Positions 11,180 through 24,855 of a stretch of 64,000 bases of DNA are shown piece by piece. A program made the position numbers and the translations under genes. A model generated the notes under the pieces. It saw only the letters and a program-made list of their open reading frames with translations, was not told where the DNA came from and ran no database searches. Each line of letters begins with the position of its first letter. The stretch's first letter is position 1. The DNA comes from Azolla caroliniana (taxonomy: Eukaryota > Plantae > Polypodiophyta), in NCBI GenBank assembly GCA_043228905.1, contig JBHGNT010000014.1, positions 4,030,001 through 4,094,000 of the forward strand, given 5' to 3'.

Positions 11180-11563
11180 TTTGCATCCTACAAAGCTAGA
11201 GATCACAGCTATGTGAGGATGGGGAATGAAGGTGCATGCCGAATTGTCAACATAGGAGATGTGTGGCTAATGACGTCAACGGGGTGCAAGTTGCTGTTGA
11301 GAGACGTTCGACACGTTCTAAAGGTTCGGTTGAACCTAATCTTAGCCGTTAGCTGGATGATGAAGGCTACATGGGTAGCATCCAGAACAGAGTCATGAAG
11401 TTCAGCAAAGGGAGCCTGATCGTGGCCCAAGCCCGGAAGATCAACACATTGTACCTGATGCATGCCTAGATTTACCGAGAGGAAGTAAATGTGGCAACGG
11501 ACATTGCCAGTGAGCTGTGGCACAAGAGGTTGTGCCACATGAGCCAAAAAGGGATGCGTAAAC
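11180..11563 (+). mobile_element. Copia pol fragment (protease end to GAG-pre-integrase)
   Basis: VRMGNEGAC...DVRHV...LWHKRLCHMS, with a frameshift and a stop. Confidence 0.8.
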
Positions 11564-14543
11564 TGTTGGGAATTCGATCCCTCTAGATGAGATTCAGATG
11601 AGAACCGGATGAGCCGGATCAAATGAGACGAAGGAAGGAACCGGATGGTATCTGGAAGAAATCTGGCCGAATCCGGTATGAACCAGCAAATAGGATCATA
11701 TTAGTAAATATGTTCAGATGTGATCCTTGAGGTCCTATTTGTAAATATCCCTAAATTTATATAAGTATAAATATAACTAGGGAAACAATGTTCATTATAA
11801 GAGTTGTTATCATTATTGTTGTACAGAGTGCAGAGAGGCAAAGAGGTAGAGAGACAGAGAGACAGAGAGACAGAGAGAGATACAGAAAGTTTTTTTGTTG
11901 TAACCACCGGTACGCGAAGATAGAGCTTGAGGCCGTTGCCTCTGAGTCTCCCATTGTACCCTTCCTCTGATATTGATAGTTAGAGTCTGTGGGCTCCCAT
12001 GGTTTTTCCTTATTAGGGTTTTCCACGTAAATATTCGGTGTCATCTCTGTTGTCTGTAGAAGTGCATTACTTCTTTCTGTCTATTTCTTCCATTGTGAAT
12101 TTGAGACTCGGTTGTGGCCAAATGTTATTCCGTTCAATTTGCTATCAAATCATGGAAGATCCATTCGGCAACGTGTTCAAGCTCACCAGCTCCAACTACC
12201 CAATGTGGAAGTCGAAGATGAGGGACATGTTGGTGGTCAAAGATCTCTGGTTGTTGGTACATCGTGAGACAAAAGACCAGATAAAATAGATGCCACAAAC
12301 TGGGAGGTGATGAACATGAAGACAACGGCATACACGTGATGCTTCATCAACATGAGCTTGTACAACAGCTTTAATGAAGAAACTAAGGCTCATGTGCTCT
12401 AGGAGAAAATAAAGACCATGCTGGAGAGCAAAAATGTTGTGAATCGGGTCTCAATATTTTGGAAGTTAGTGAGGCTTTGATACCAAGACGGATCCAGTAT
12501 GGCAGAGAACATGAATGCCTTCCAGGGGCTGATAAACCAAAAAACTTCGTTGGAAGTATGTCTAGCCGACGAGGTACTCGCGTTGCTCCTGCTCGGTTCC
12601 CTCCCGGATAGTTAGGAGACGTTAGTTGTCACTTTGGGAAACTTAAGGCCGGAAGGTAAACACCTTTCCCTAGCAAGGGTAAAATCAAGCTCGCCGGACG
12701 AAGAAGCTCGCCGGAAAGAACGGGAGTTTGGAACCTATCAGAATGCCTTGGTTACGGAAGAAGACCATAACCAGGGAAGACGCCGGAATCAGAGTTTCTA
12801 GAACCGGGACAAATCGGGGATGACGTCGAAGTCAAGGGGGAGGCCCACCCACTTTTATTGCGGAAATCCAGGCCACTACTAGAAGAATTGCCGACCCTTC
12901 TGGAAGGAGAAAGGAACCGACAATGCCGACTCAAAGAAGGTTCTGGACCGAAGATGTTCGGATCGAAAAGGAACGACGCCAATCACGACAAGCGAGGAAG
13001 AACTACTGCTCATGAATGAGGAGAGCGAGCTACATCTGGTCAGTGATGAGACGACATGGTTAGTCGACTCCGGAGCATCGTTCCATCTTACCCTCGATTG
13101 AAAGTACTTCGCATCATACAGAGCTAGAGATCAGGCTATGTGAGGATGGGAAATGAAGGTGCATGCTAGATTGTTGGCATAGGAGACGTGTTGTTGATGA
13201 CATCGACCGGGTGCAAGATTCTACTAAAAGATGTCGACATGTGGTTGGTAAAGACGTTTCTTACCGGCATCTAAAGGTGTTTGACTATCTCGCCTACGTG
13301 CATGTTGCAAAGGACAAGAGAGTGAAATTGGATCTGAAGTCCCAGCCATGCATATTCCATGGGTATGGCGATGATGAGTTCGGCTACCGAGTGTGGGACT
13401 TGGTCGACAAGAAGGTCTTCAGGAGTCGAGACATAGACTTCATGGAAGACAAGACTATTGCCGACTTAGAATCGGAGAAGTAGATAGAGGACTCTGGATC
13501 GACCGACAGAGATTGGTTGGAAGATGCAAGGACACATTCAATCGGAAGCCTGATGTCAGCTGAAGACCATGACGAACCGGCCGGATTCAGACAAAGAACC
13601 AAACCGACCGAAGAAGAATCAGAAATCGGAACTAGACAAGACCCCAAATTGGATTCGGATGAAGAACAAACAGAGGAGCTAGTGGTCAAGAACCAAGGAA
13701 GAAGATATCCTCTTAAGGAGAGAAGAGCCCCCCAAAGATTTCCGAATGTAGAGCATGTGCTGTTGACCGATGAGGGGGAGCCGAAAAGTTTTGAAGAAGC
13801 AAAGAAAGACACCCACAACCGCAAGTGGTTAAGTGCCATGCATGATGAGATGGATTCCCTGCATGAGAACTACACATATGAGCTGACAAAACTGCCAAAA
13901 AGAAAGAGAGCGCTCTGGAACAAGTGGGTGTATAAGCTGAAATTGGGAGACTTCGGAAATCCACCGAGGTATAAAGCCTGCATTGTGGTGAAGGGTTTCC
14001 AACACAAAAATGAGTGGATTTCGACAAGATCTTTGCCCCAGTAGTCAAGATGACTTCCATCTGGACGGAGCTAAGAATAGGAGCAAGCATGGACCTCGAG
14101 CTTGAACAAGTCAATGTTAAGACAACTTTCCTTCACGGGGACCTCGAGGAGGAGATTTACATGCAGAACCAAAGGGATTTGTCAAGAAAGGGAAGGAGCA
14201 CCTGATTTTCCTATTGAAGAAGAGCTTCTACAAACTGAAGCAAGCTCCCTGCCAATGGTACCGGAAGTTTGACTCCTTCATGACGGACCAAGGATACCAC
14301 AAGATGTAAGCCAACCACTGTGTATTTGTGAAGAAGTTCGACAAAGTAGACTTCCTGATACTAGTGTTGTACGTGGACGATATGTTGATCATCGGACGGG
14401 ACCGTATCAAAACCGGGAATCTAAAGAAGGCTTTGAACCGGGCCTTCTCAATGAAAGATCTAGGTTTGACGAAACATATTTTGGGGATGCATATAATCTA
14501 GGACTGGTCGAAGAAACAGTTCTTGCTGTCACAAGAGTACATT
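11564..14543 (+). mobile_element. Degenerate Copia A, 5' part (LTR 11564-12136, decayed PBS, gag from 12152, internally deleted pol)
   Basis: TGTTGGGA...CA LTR, TGCTATCAAATC PBS remnant, FKLTSSNYPMWKSKM, RT YVDD; many stops; most of integrase deleted near 13240. Confidence 0.85.
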
Positions 14544-15108
14544 TGTCGCAGATATCGAGGACGGGACCACGGGGACCTTGGACCAAGGAGCTAGTGGGAG
14601 TAGGAAGATCGTCCCGATATCTTTGCTAGATCGGTGTCCAGCCATGTATCTGGTCCGGATTGGTTCCTGTTGCCTCTTAGGAACACGGCCCGTGGTCAGT
14701 CCTTCAACCTAGACCCCAAGGTGGGTGTGGAACAACGAACAGAGCTTAAGCGTACTGCGTAAGGAGAGAACCTCTGTGATTCCTCCGTGTGTACGGGGAG
14801 ACGGCTACAACCGACTCCCTATCACAGGTTGCACTTACGTACTACTACGCTTACGTATCCGAGACACAAACATTGAATTAGTTGCAGCTATACACAAAAA
14901 CTCAGAGAAGATAGTATTTTATTATCAGGCGTTCTTTTACATTTCCCAAAAATTACACGCACCTCCTTAAGAGGTTTTCTGCCCTTTATATCTGCAGGGT
15001 CTAATTAGCCGTTCACGCTTCCCGCGTGAACCGTTACATATGTTACGCTTATATAGTTTCTTATTCCTACGCTTTTGGCCGTCGGTTACTATTCCGGCGG
15101 ACAAGACC

Positions 15109-15149
15109 TGGCACGCCTGTGGGACAGTGCCTTTGCACGTCGGACCCAT
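15109..15149 (-). other. tRNA-like 3' module at the PPT position of B
   Basis: ATGGG TCCG AC GTGC AAAG GCAC TG T CCCAC AGGCGTG CCA, then 2 nt, then the LTR. Confidence 0.8.
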
Positions 15150-15875
15150 CCCATTAATCTTCTTCCAAAATGGCCCGGATGTTCGGCTCTGTTGTGGTGT
15201 CCTTGTCCGGAGTTGATGTAGGGCCTGTAGGTGCATTGTGGTGCGGCTCCTCTGCTTGGTCGGCCTGGTTTCTCCCGAAGTCGCCTTCGCCGTGTGCGGG
15301 TGGTCCGGGTACGGTGGGCTCTTCTTGAGTTAGTGGGTTGGGCTCCGCCGGTAGCGTGCTTGCAGTCGGCTGCAGCTCAGCTGCTATTGTTACGTCCTCC
15401 GCGGTGTTGGCCGTTTTTGTGTGTCCCTGGGCGTGTTGGCCGGTCAGAAGAGCAAGGACAAGTGGGAAGGCGGAGTTGGATCGGATAATAGGAAGTAAAT
15501 AATAGTAGAATTATTATTCGGAGGGACGGATCCGGTACAGTTGTACCGATCCGGATCCGGACCGATTCAGATGTCGGTTGCCTAAGCGCACCGATTGTAA
15601 CCTTGCCGGATGCCTATAAAAGGATCCGATGATTTGTAAAGGGTTTGACGGAAGTAATACAATAGTAATTATTGTGTGTTTATCTGTATCTTCGTATTGT
15701 TTACCGTCTGTGCTTAATTGTAATCATCTTACGCGTGTAACCTAGCATCTAATCCTTACCACCCCTTCGGAGAAGTGTCGGATAGACACCTGTGTTGAGG
15801 CTAGTCCGGCCAGGCAGACAACACTATTTTGGTGACCACGATTCCTGCAAAGTGCAGAGGACAACCGGGGGATGG

Positions 15876-18800
15876 ATGTCTAGACCAAACGACGACCACA
15901 TCACCGAACGAGGGAGACGATACACCGAACGCGAGCAACGACGGGAAGCCCTGCAGCAAGCCGTCGACGAGATCCGGCGGGATCGGTCATTCTCCAAAAC
16001 TCCTCGGAGAGTCGCAGAAGAAGCACTGCAGTTCCGGGTCCTGCAAATCCCCGACGAAGGCAGTAGCATAACAAGCCTGCAAGAGGCGGAAACGATACTA
16101 CAGACGCTCGCCGGGGGCGACGGGGACTCGGAAGCATTCGGAACACTTGAGGCGGAGTCGGAAAGCGACGGAAGCGTTGCGTCCCGGTATAAAAGCAGCC
16201 ACGACACACCAAACGACCGGGAGGAAGAGGGGTCGGAAGACTCAGTAACACCAGAGCCAGAGGAAGAAATAACCCTGGAATTCGGTGACCGGCAATCGCC
16301 GAGGGAGGCTGACCGGATACCGACAACAACCGCAAAGGAACCGAAGGAGCGGATACCGACAACACCCGCGAAGGAACCGAAGGAGCGGATACCGACAACA
16401 CCCGCGGAGGAACTAAAGGTTCTCACACTAACGCCAACAACGGACAGAGAGCAGAGGAAGCAGGAGAGTCAGTTGGACGACACGATGTCATACCCATACC
16501 CAAAGTACCGGGATGAGGCCGACGCGGAGGCACACGTGTACGCATTCCTCCAAACATGGGAAGCCAACCATGTCTCCCAAAGACTGACGGAGCCCGAAGC
16601 CGAACGATCCAAAGTCGCCGAATTCGGCATAACCTTAGAAGGACCGGCGGCCCGATTGCACGCAAAGCACTTACCGGGCAACTTTGCCACATTTGATGCC
16701 TTGAAGGCCAGATTCCTCAGGCTTTTTCACAGACAATTTGAGCAAAGGGAATTGGTCGGGCAGTTCTACACCACCCGACAGGAAGAGAACGAGACCGTGC
16801 CACAATTCATCATTCGGTTTCAGACCCTGCAAAGCCAACTGACAAGAGCACCACCCGAAGACGAAGCCAAAGCAGTCTTTTTGGCCACGCTGAAAGAGCC
16901 ACTTCGAACAATGTGCGGAGTCCTTGATTTCCAAACCAGCACAATGGACCAAGTTATTGATCGGGTTTTAGAAATGGACAAGACTAGCCCCTTCTTGTTG
17001 ATGGGGATGTTACACCGGGCACTCCCGAAGGAGGAAGACCTGAGGTTCCGACAGGCCTTACAATGTACAACATGCCTAAATTCGGGGCACTCAACAGTAG
17101 ACTGCACCCTGCGGACACAATGTATGATCTGCAACTCTCGAGCCCATACAAAGGACCGATGCGAATATAACCTGTTAAATCGGCAGGCAGCACCGGTTCG
17201 ACATAAGAACCACGCAATCAGAACCCGGACGAGGATCGATTCCGGAGAGACGACCGCTACCAATGCGAACGTGGTAACAGATACGCTGATAGAAGACGCG
17301 ATAACTATGACCGAGAGGAGAGACGCAGAGATAGCTACCCCCGGGACCGGTACGACCGAGACGAATCCCCGGAATACGAACGACGCAGAGAAGAGAGGCG
17401 ACAAGGGAACCGAAATTTCCGACGGAATCAGAAGCGTGGATTTTTCCGAAGAGAGGAACGTCGGGAGGCAGCGAGGAATGACAACCCGGTATCGATACCG
17501 GATAACCGAAAAACCGAAGACGACCGCCGAAGCATACCCACCCTCCAAACTGGGGACAAAGGAGAAACGAGCAACAGTCACAAGGTGTACTATTATTACT
17601 GCCGTAAGGAAGGCCACTATAGTAACCAATGCCCAAGCAAAACCAATGACAAGCAGCCGGACGTCAACATGGCTACAGCCGAAATAACAGAAGTACAGTA
17701 GGTCACAACCCGGTCAAAGGGAAAGACCGCCGAGTGGGAAGCCAAGGAGGCAATCAGAAAACAAGCGGCACAATGGATCAAGGAGGCCAATGAACAGAAT
17801 GCGGCAGAAGTAAGAGACCAAAATATGCCAAAAGACGAAGAAATCATACAGCCAGGAGAAAACCCGACATGGCAAGCGCTACAGGACTGTCAAATCGTGC
17901 TGCCGTTAGCACGACTACTACAGTTGGTGCCACAGTTTACGGCAAACTTACAGGCATCCGTGAGCAAACCGAAGCCGACGCCAGCACCGGTATTCTTCTC
18001 CAACCCGGAGGAAGGACCAGCGGTGGTCGATACAAGTAGCCCAGCGATCACGGCAATCGTGAAAGGAAAGGAAATTGCTGAAACAATTATTGACGGAGGC
18101 TCCGGGGTAAATGTCATCAGCCGACAGACATGCAACAACCTGGGCATCCGGGAATGGGAACCATGCCCCTTCTGGTTACGCATGGCGGATACCAGCTCAG
18201 TCCGACCGACCGGGCTTATCCGGGAATTGGAAGTAACGATCGGAGGCCACGTATTCCGGATATCGGCCGTGGTGCTGCAGCTGAATGTACAAGGCGCGTA
18301 CCCCCTACTGCTAGGACGACCATGGCTGCGAACGACGCATATCAAGCAGAGCTGGCAAAAGAACATGATCACATTCCGGCGAGGGAAAGCAAAGGTACGA
18401 GTAACGACGCAACCACGGGTGATCACCAGTAAGGAAGCAACTCCATTGTATGCGGAAAGCATTAACATGTTGGAGGGATTACCGGACGAGGAAGTCGAGC
18501 GGTACCTCGAGGAACACCCACGAATCGTCCCACTGTTTGAGGTGGATATCACGGCGGCAATAGAACCGTACATTACGACGCCGGATGAACCGGACCAAGC
18601 GGCGATCCGGGAACTGCGACAAGCGCAGGAATCCCTAGAGAGGGAAATGACGATATCCCAGAGAGTAAAAGCATCCCAACTAGAGGAGGTGGACCTCGGC
18701 ACAGCAGACAAGCCCCGACCGGTAAATGTTGCAAAGGAATTTCCGAAGGAAGAAAAGAAGGCAATGGTAGCATTATTAACAGACTTCAAGGATGTGTTCG

Positions 18801-21640
18801 CGTGGTCGTACGAAGACATGCCAGGGCTGGACCCCCAGCTCTATCAGCACCAAATTCACCTAAGTACGGACATGAAGCCGATCGCTCAACGCAGGTACCG
18901 GATGAATCCAAATTATGCGGCGAAGGTGAAGGAGGAAATTGATAAGCTCCTCCGGGTCGGATTTATCCGACCGGTCAAGCAAGCAACCTGGCTAAGTCCA
19001 ATAGTGGTGGTCCCGAAAAAGAACGGCAAAATCCGGGTATGCGTGGACTACCGAAAACTAAATGCCGCAATAGTGACCGATGCGTTTCCACTACCATTTA
19101 CGGACGGGGTGTTAGATGCGGTAGCCGGCCACGAAGTTTACAGCTTCCTGGATGGATTTAGCGGCTACAACCAAATACGAATGAACCCGGCCAACCAGGA
19201 GAAGACAGCGTTCGTGACGGAATGGGGAGTGTTCGTCGCGGTCGTGATGATGTTCGGACTAAAGACGGCTCCATCGACCTTTCAAAGGATAATAATGGAA
19301 ATTTTCGGGGAATATATCCCCGGTTTTATGCAGGTCTTCCTTGACGATTTCGCGGTCTACAGCCGGCACGGAGAGCATCTCGATCACCTCCGGCTGTGCT
19401 TGGAGAAGTGCCGCGAGTACCGATTGAGCCTGAACCCGGCCAACTGCGTCTTTGGAGTGGCAAGCGGCAACTTACTAGGGCACGTGGTGAGTAAGGAAGG
19501 AATCGCGGTAGATCCGGATAAAGTCAAGGCGATTCTCGAGGCACCAACACCAAATAACGCAAAGGCTTTAAGCCGGTTCCTGGGCCAAATAAGGTGGCAT
19601 AGCCGGATGATACGGCACCTTGCAGACTTCGCTACACCATTACATACCGCCGTACACAGAGTACCCTTCCTATGGGCGGAGACGGAGGAGGAAGCCTACC
19701 AAGCGTTGAAGGTTATGCTGTCGCAAGCTCCGGTGGTGCAACCACCGGATTGGAGTAAAAGCTTTCACGTCTTTGTCGACGCGTCGGACGTAGCAATCGG
19801 CAGCGTTCTGATGCAACTCACGGAGCCGAAATGGTACCGACCGGTGTACTACGCAAGCCGGAAACTCTCAAAAGCCGAACGGAATTACTCTACGACGGAA
19901 CACGAGGCATTGGGAATGGTGTATAGTGTCACAAAGTACGAGCACTATCTTCTCGGAAGGAAGTTTTCCTTCCATGTCGACCATTCGGCACTACTCTACC
20001 TGGTCTCGAAGGCATCCCTGACGGGAAAAATTGCACGATGGACACTGCTGTTACAGGAATTTGAATTCGACATTTTCCACCGACCCGGGGCGCAGCATGC
20101 GGTAGCAGACTACCTAAGCAGACTCGAATCCGGAGAAGCAGGGGACGGCGTCCAGGATGAGTTCCCCGACGCCGAGTTGTTCCGGATCACGACGAAACCG
20201 GCAACGGATGCAACGGTAGCTGATGAAGACACGTGGCTAACTGAGATGCATCAGTTCCTGAGCACCGGAGTTCCCCCGGAGAACATGGACCGCGATGAAA
20301 GGAAAAGGGTAGCAGTAAGAAGCAGACATTTCTGCTTGGTTGGAGACACCCTCTATCACAAGGGGGCAGATGGCATCTGGAGACGAGCAGTGCGGAGCGA
20401 TGAGAAGGATTTAATCCTCAGGGAAGCCCACTGTGGAATTGCCGGCGGGCATTATGCCGGCGATGCAACCGCTCGGAAAATATGGCAGAGCGGACTGTGG
20501 TGGCCCACCACCCTAAAAGATGCCGTGAAGTATAGCAGAGAATGCGATTTGTGTCAACGACTGGGCCAACCCACGGAGCAGGCCCGGATGCCACACCACC
20601 CGGTCTTGCCTTTGGAACCATTTCAAAAGTGGGGGTTGGACTTTGTCGGTCCCTTCAAACCACCAGCAATGCGAACCGGAAATCGGTATGTCATAGTGGC
20701 GACCGACTATTGCACCAAATGGGTAGAAGCAAAGGCCTTACGGGATAACACAGCCGCGTCCACGGCAAAGTTTCTGTACGAGTGCATATGGTGCCGGTAT
20801 GGATGCCCGATCGAGCTTATAAGTGACCAAGGAGGACATTTTCTCGGGCAGGTAGTAGAAAGCCTGACGTCATTTTACGCGGTGGTACATAAAAAGAGTA
20901 CTCCCTACTACCCCCAAGCCAATGGACTAGCGGAATCAACGAACAAAACTCTGCAGAACATCCTACGAAAAATCGTCAACGAGAACCAGACCGACTGGGA
21001 TACGAAATTGCAAAGCGCGCTATGGGCGTACCGAACTACGTACAAAACCAGCATCCAGACAACCCCGTTTCGGCTAGCATTCGGTTTAGAAGCGGTCATG
21101 CCGGTAGAGTTCCAGATCCCCAGCTTACGGATTCAGGTGAAGGAGCGCTTAAGTGAGAACGAGTCCGAACGAATCCGGCTGGCGACGTTGTTGGAATTAG
21201 AAGAAAACCGAATAGCCAGTTTACTACAACTCGAACTGGAGCAAAGGAGGAGAAAAGCTTTCGTGGACCGACACCGGCGTGGCAACGAAAAGGAGTTCGA
21301 AGTCGGGAAACCGGTGCTACTATTCTAGACACGGATGGGGAACATGCCGGGAAAGTTGCGGTTTCGGTGGACCGGACCGTTCTGGATCACCAAGGAGTAC
21401 AATGGGTCGTATCAGCTCGGCACGTTGTCTGAAGATGTCATCGGCAAGTGGGCAAATGGGTTTCGGCTAAAGCCGTATAAGGGAAATATGCCAGCCAACC
21501 CGTTCAAGCAAAACTCGGAAATCCGACAAGATGAGGAACCGACACTGATAGACCATGCTGAAGATATTCGGACCGAGGAAGAACCGACACCGATATCCAC
21601 ACAAACCGACCCGAACAAATCGGGGGGGACCAGCAAATGA
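15876..21640 (+). pseudogene. gag-pol of C (Gag with CCHC knuckles, PR, RT, RNase H, IN)
   Basis: IIDGGSGVN, QVFLDDF, FVDASD, HHCC and D-D-E motifs; frameshift near 17205; stops at 17698 and 21326. Confidence 0.93.
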
Positions 21641-23003
21641 CGTGGTCCAAACAAAGAAAAAAAAAAAAAAAAAAGAAGAAGAAAGAAGAAGAAGACGTGG
21701 GCAAAATCGACGCGAATCATAGTAATGATGGGGAGATCACAAGAGGTGGGAGCGCCACCATGACAGCGAAGAGGCGCCATGCATTAAAGAAGGACGTGCG
21801 CGTACTTGCTATTTAAAGCATGGAACGTGGGCACTGACACGCGGCAAACAAGAAAGGACATACTAATTATGGCGGGAGAGGAACATGCGCGGGAAACGAA
21901 CATGGGCGGCTCGAGGCAAAAGCCACTATATAAGACACAGGCCTGCGAAGGACTCACTTTTTACGAATTTTCCTACATACAGGCGCAGAAGCATAGAAGA
22001 GCGATCTGACGCACAGCCCGATCCCGAACAACAGGCAGCAGAAGAAGAATTCGAAACAATGGTACTGTCGGAGGAGGCACGCCAATGGATGAGGGAGAAC
22101 GGGTTAAAAGGATTGCTGCGGATCGCCGACGCTCCACCACATGCAGAACCAGAGCAGGCGGCAGCATCGATCGATTTATTAGAAGTCACGGAAGGAGCGG
22201 TGCAGGCGCTCACGGGGATAAAAGCAGGAGGGCTTCAAACAATCGAAACCCCTTCAAGCGAAATCCTGTTCGAATATTTCGGTGAGTACTCTATCAGCAG
22301 TAAGGCGTACCGAACACAGAGCGGAGAGAACCTGTTGTTCGGAGAAGTGGCCCGCGCCATGATGGAATAAGGATTCGTGAATCCTCGTCCCCCGGCCATA
22401 GCCAAGTACCGGGCAACATTCTTAATAGCAGCATACGAAGGATTACAAGTAGATTGGCTCCATTTCATAACCGAAGGATTGAAGGAGGCCATCAAGAATC
22501 TTGGGGAAGGAAAAAAGCCATGGGCCGGGATAGCACAATGGCTAACGGTGTTTGTTAATCGGCTAATTACTAACTACTACCGATACAGAAGAGTGAACGT
22601 CGCTACTCAACGTTCTAACAAGGAATTGTGTTTTACGAATGGAATTATACTATATTTATCGGTAATTACCGTGATCGTTACTTAGTTATAAATTAGGAAG
22701 CTTGCACTTAACAACATAGACAATAGAAAGAACACAGAATCCGTACAGGATATTCCTAACTTAAACTTGTATTACTAAATAAAACGACCTTTCTTACAAT
22801 GCCTTCGGTTCCCTTTTATAGGTATACCGAAGGTCTTTTCTCATCAAGAACTATTCCTACTTACTATCAAGAATTACAAAATTATCTAACTAACTTAGTT
22901 CTCTTCGTTTACTGCTGAGTCATTGATCCGAACAGTCGATCCTCCGTTTTCGACGCTTTCCCACTTGTTCGGTAAAACTGACTGTCCGGGTCCGGGTAAC
23001 ACT

Positions 23004-23043
23004 TGGCACGTCCGTGGGCCAGGACCTTGTCCAGCGAACCCAC
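23004..23043 (-). other. tRNA-like 3' module at the PPT position of D
   Basis: GTGGG TTCG CT GGAC AAG GTCC TG G CCCAC GGACGTG CCA, then 2 nt, then the LTR. Confidence 0.8.
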
Positions 23044-24855
23044 GCCTATTCCTGTAGCTCTTCATCCGAATCGTTCAGAATATCAAAAATCGAAGGCTCT
23101 TCTGGCCTTGGATGTATTCCCTCTATATCTTCCTCTTCTTCTGTGTCACAGTCGTCATTCGGAACAGGTTTTGAATGTTGTGATTCAGTTGGCTGCTCTG
23201 GTTCACTTCTTCCAGGAGTTTGAAGACCAGAAGTCTTGCTGGTTCTTTCAGCTTCAATTTTATCCAACTGAACGGAAGTGCCTATATCATGTTTGTCGAA
23301 TTCTTGCATAATACGTTGAATTTCTTCTCTGTAAAATGCCGCAATTTCGTCCATATCTTTCATGATATCCTCTTGGATATTGTCAATATCCTTTTGTGCT
23401 ATTTTAAAAAAACCTGCACCTTGGACCTGACGGTTATTTTTGTCGGCACGCAATAACTGTAATTCCGCCGCTTGTGCCGTCCATAACTTCCATCCTTGCG
23501 CAAGGGATTCATTGATCATTTCCTTTGCTAGGTTTCGATGTTTCCCTATGATGCGCTGCACTTTGTCCCTAGTGATGCTTGCGACGAATTGAGCGGCTTG
23601 CAACTCTTTCCGTAAATCCGTAATAGTGGCTCGGTTTTCACTTTCAGCCCGCATTAATTTGGATTCGACTACATATATGTCCAGCCGCCTTTGTTCCGAT
23701 ATCTTCCGAATTTCGTTTAGTTGTTGTTCGAATGTCGATTTCTCTTTGTTCCATTCCTCCTGGTGTTCCGTAATTCATCTGTTGACTTCTTCAAGACTCC
23801 GCTCTTTTTCTGTCAATTGACTTTCCTGTGACACTATATACCTTTCGAATTCTTCAATTTGTTCGGTATATGTATGATTGGCCGTCTTAGCTTCTTCCAG
23901 ATTTTTCTGTAATTCGTTTATTAATTGATTTTTTTCTTCGAGAACTTTGTATTGGCCATTCTAAATGGTTTCTATTTGTTTTTCTAATTCTATAGTTCGA
24001 AATACAGCATTGTTGGCCCTTGTTGTTTCTGCTTGTCGTGCTTTCTCAGCATCCTCCAATTTCTGCTGCCATTCTGACTCCGACGCCATAAGCCGTGCCT
24101 GCGTTTCCCATTTGTTTAGACTTTCTTTTAGTTCTTTATTTTCTGCCTGTATGTTACAAAACTGATGTTTCAGCACCTCCGCCGATGCTGATACACTTTT
24201 GTATCTTTCAGCCATATCACTGGCTGCTTTGCGTACCGTTTCATATTCTTTATGAATTTCGACCAGTGCTTCATGTAATGGTGGCATTTCAATAGCCTCC
24301 CCTCTATTCTGTGCACTTCTTTTCCGGCCGATTTTCTCTATCTCTGCTTTTTCTTGAGGTTCCAACACTCCTCGTAAGGCTTTCTGTATCATTATTCGGT
24401 CATTATGTTCTTGAGCCAACCGTTCTGATACTTCTGTCAATCTTTTAGCCAACCATTCAACCAGTTCGTATGAAGTTCCGAACTGTAAAATGGCAGCTAA
24501 TTCATGTGTTGCTGGTGGAATATCCGAGTACCCATGTGCTTCCCGAATTGCTACTTTTGAAGATTGGCCTTGTTGAGGTTGTGTCGAAACGCTCTCATTC
24601 CCTGGTTTTATTACTTCTGCTACTACAGGCGTATTCGAATTTTCCTTTGTGCGTTGCCTTTTCGGTGCTGACCCATCACTGTTTTCTGGTTGGAATTGCC
24701 TATTAGCCTTTTGTTTAACCCTTGTCCTTTGTCGCATCTTCTCTGGTTGTTGTCGATTTTCTGTCGGCTGCTGCTTGTTTATCAAATGGTCCACTGTTTC
24801 TTGTTCGGCTGCTGGTTGCCTGTTTTCGGAATTCTCTGGTCTTGGTGGTTCCGAC

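Noticed and set aside
17200-17215. Programmed gag-pol frameshift in C (and at ~26040 in F)
   Set aside because: D encodes gag-pol in one frame, and these shifts fall inside Gag, so they are 1-bp mutations or sequencing errors.
17890-18819. Long antisense ORFs over pol and ORF3
   Set aside because: Shadow frames of GC-rich coding sequence; not conserved in AT-rich D.
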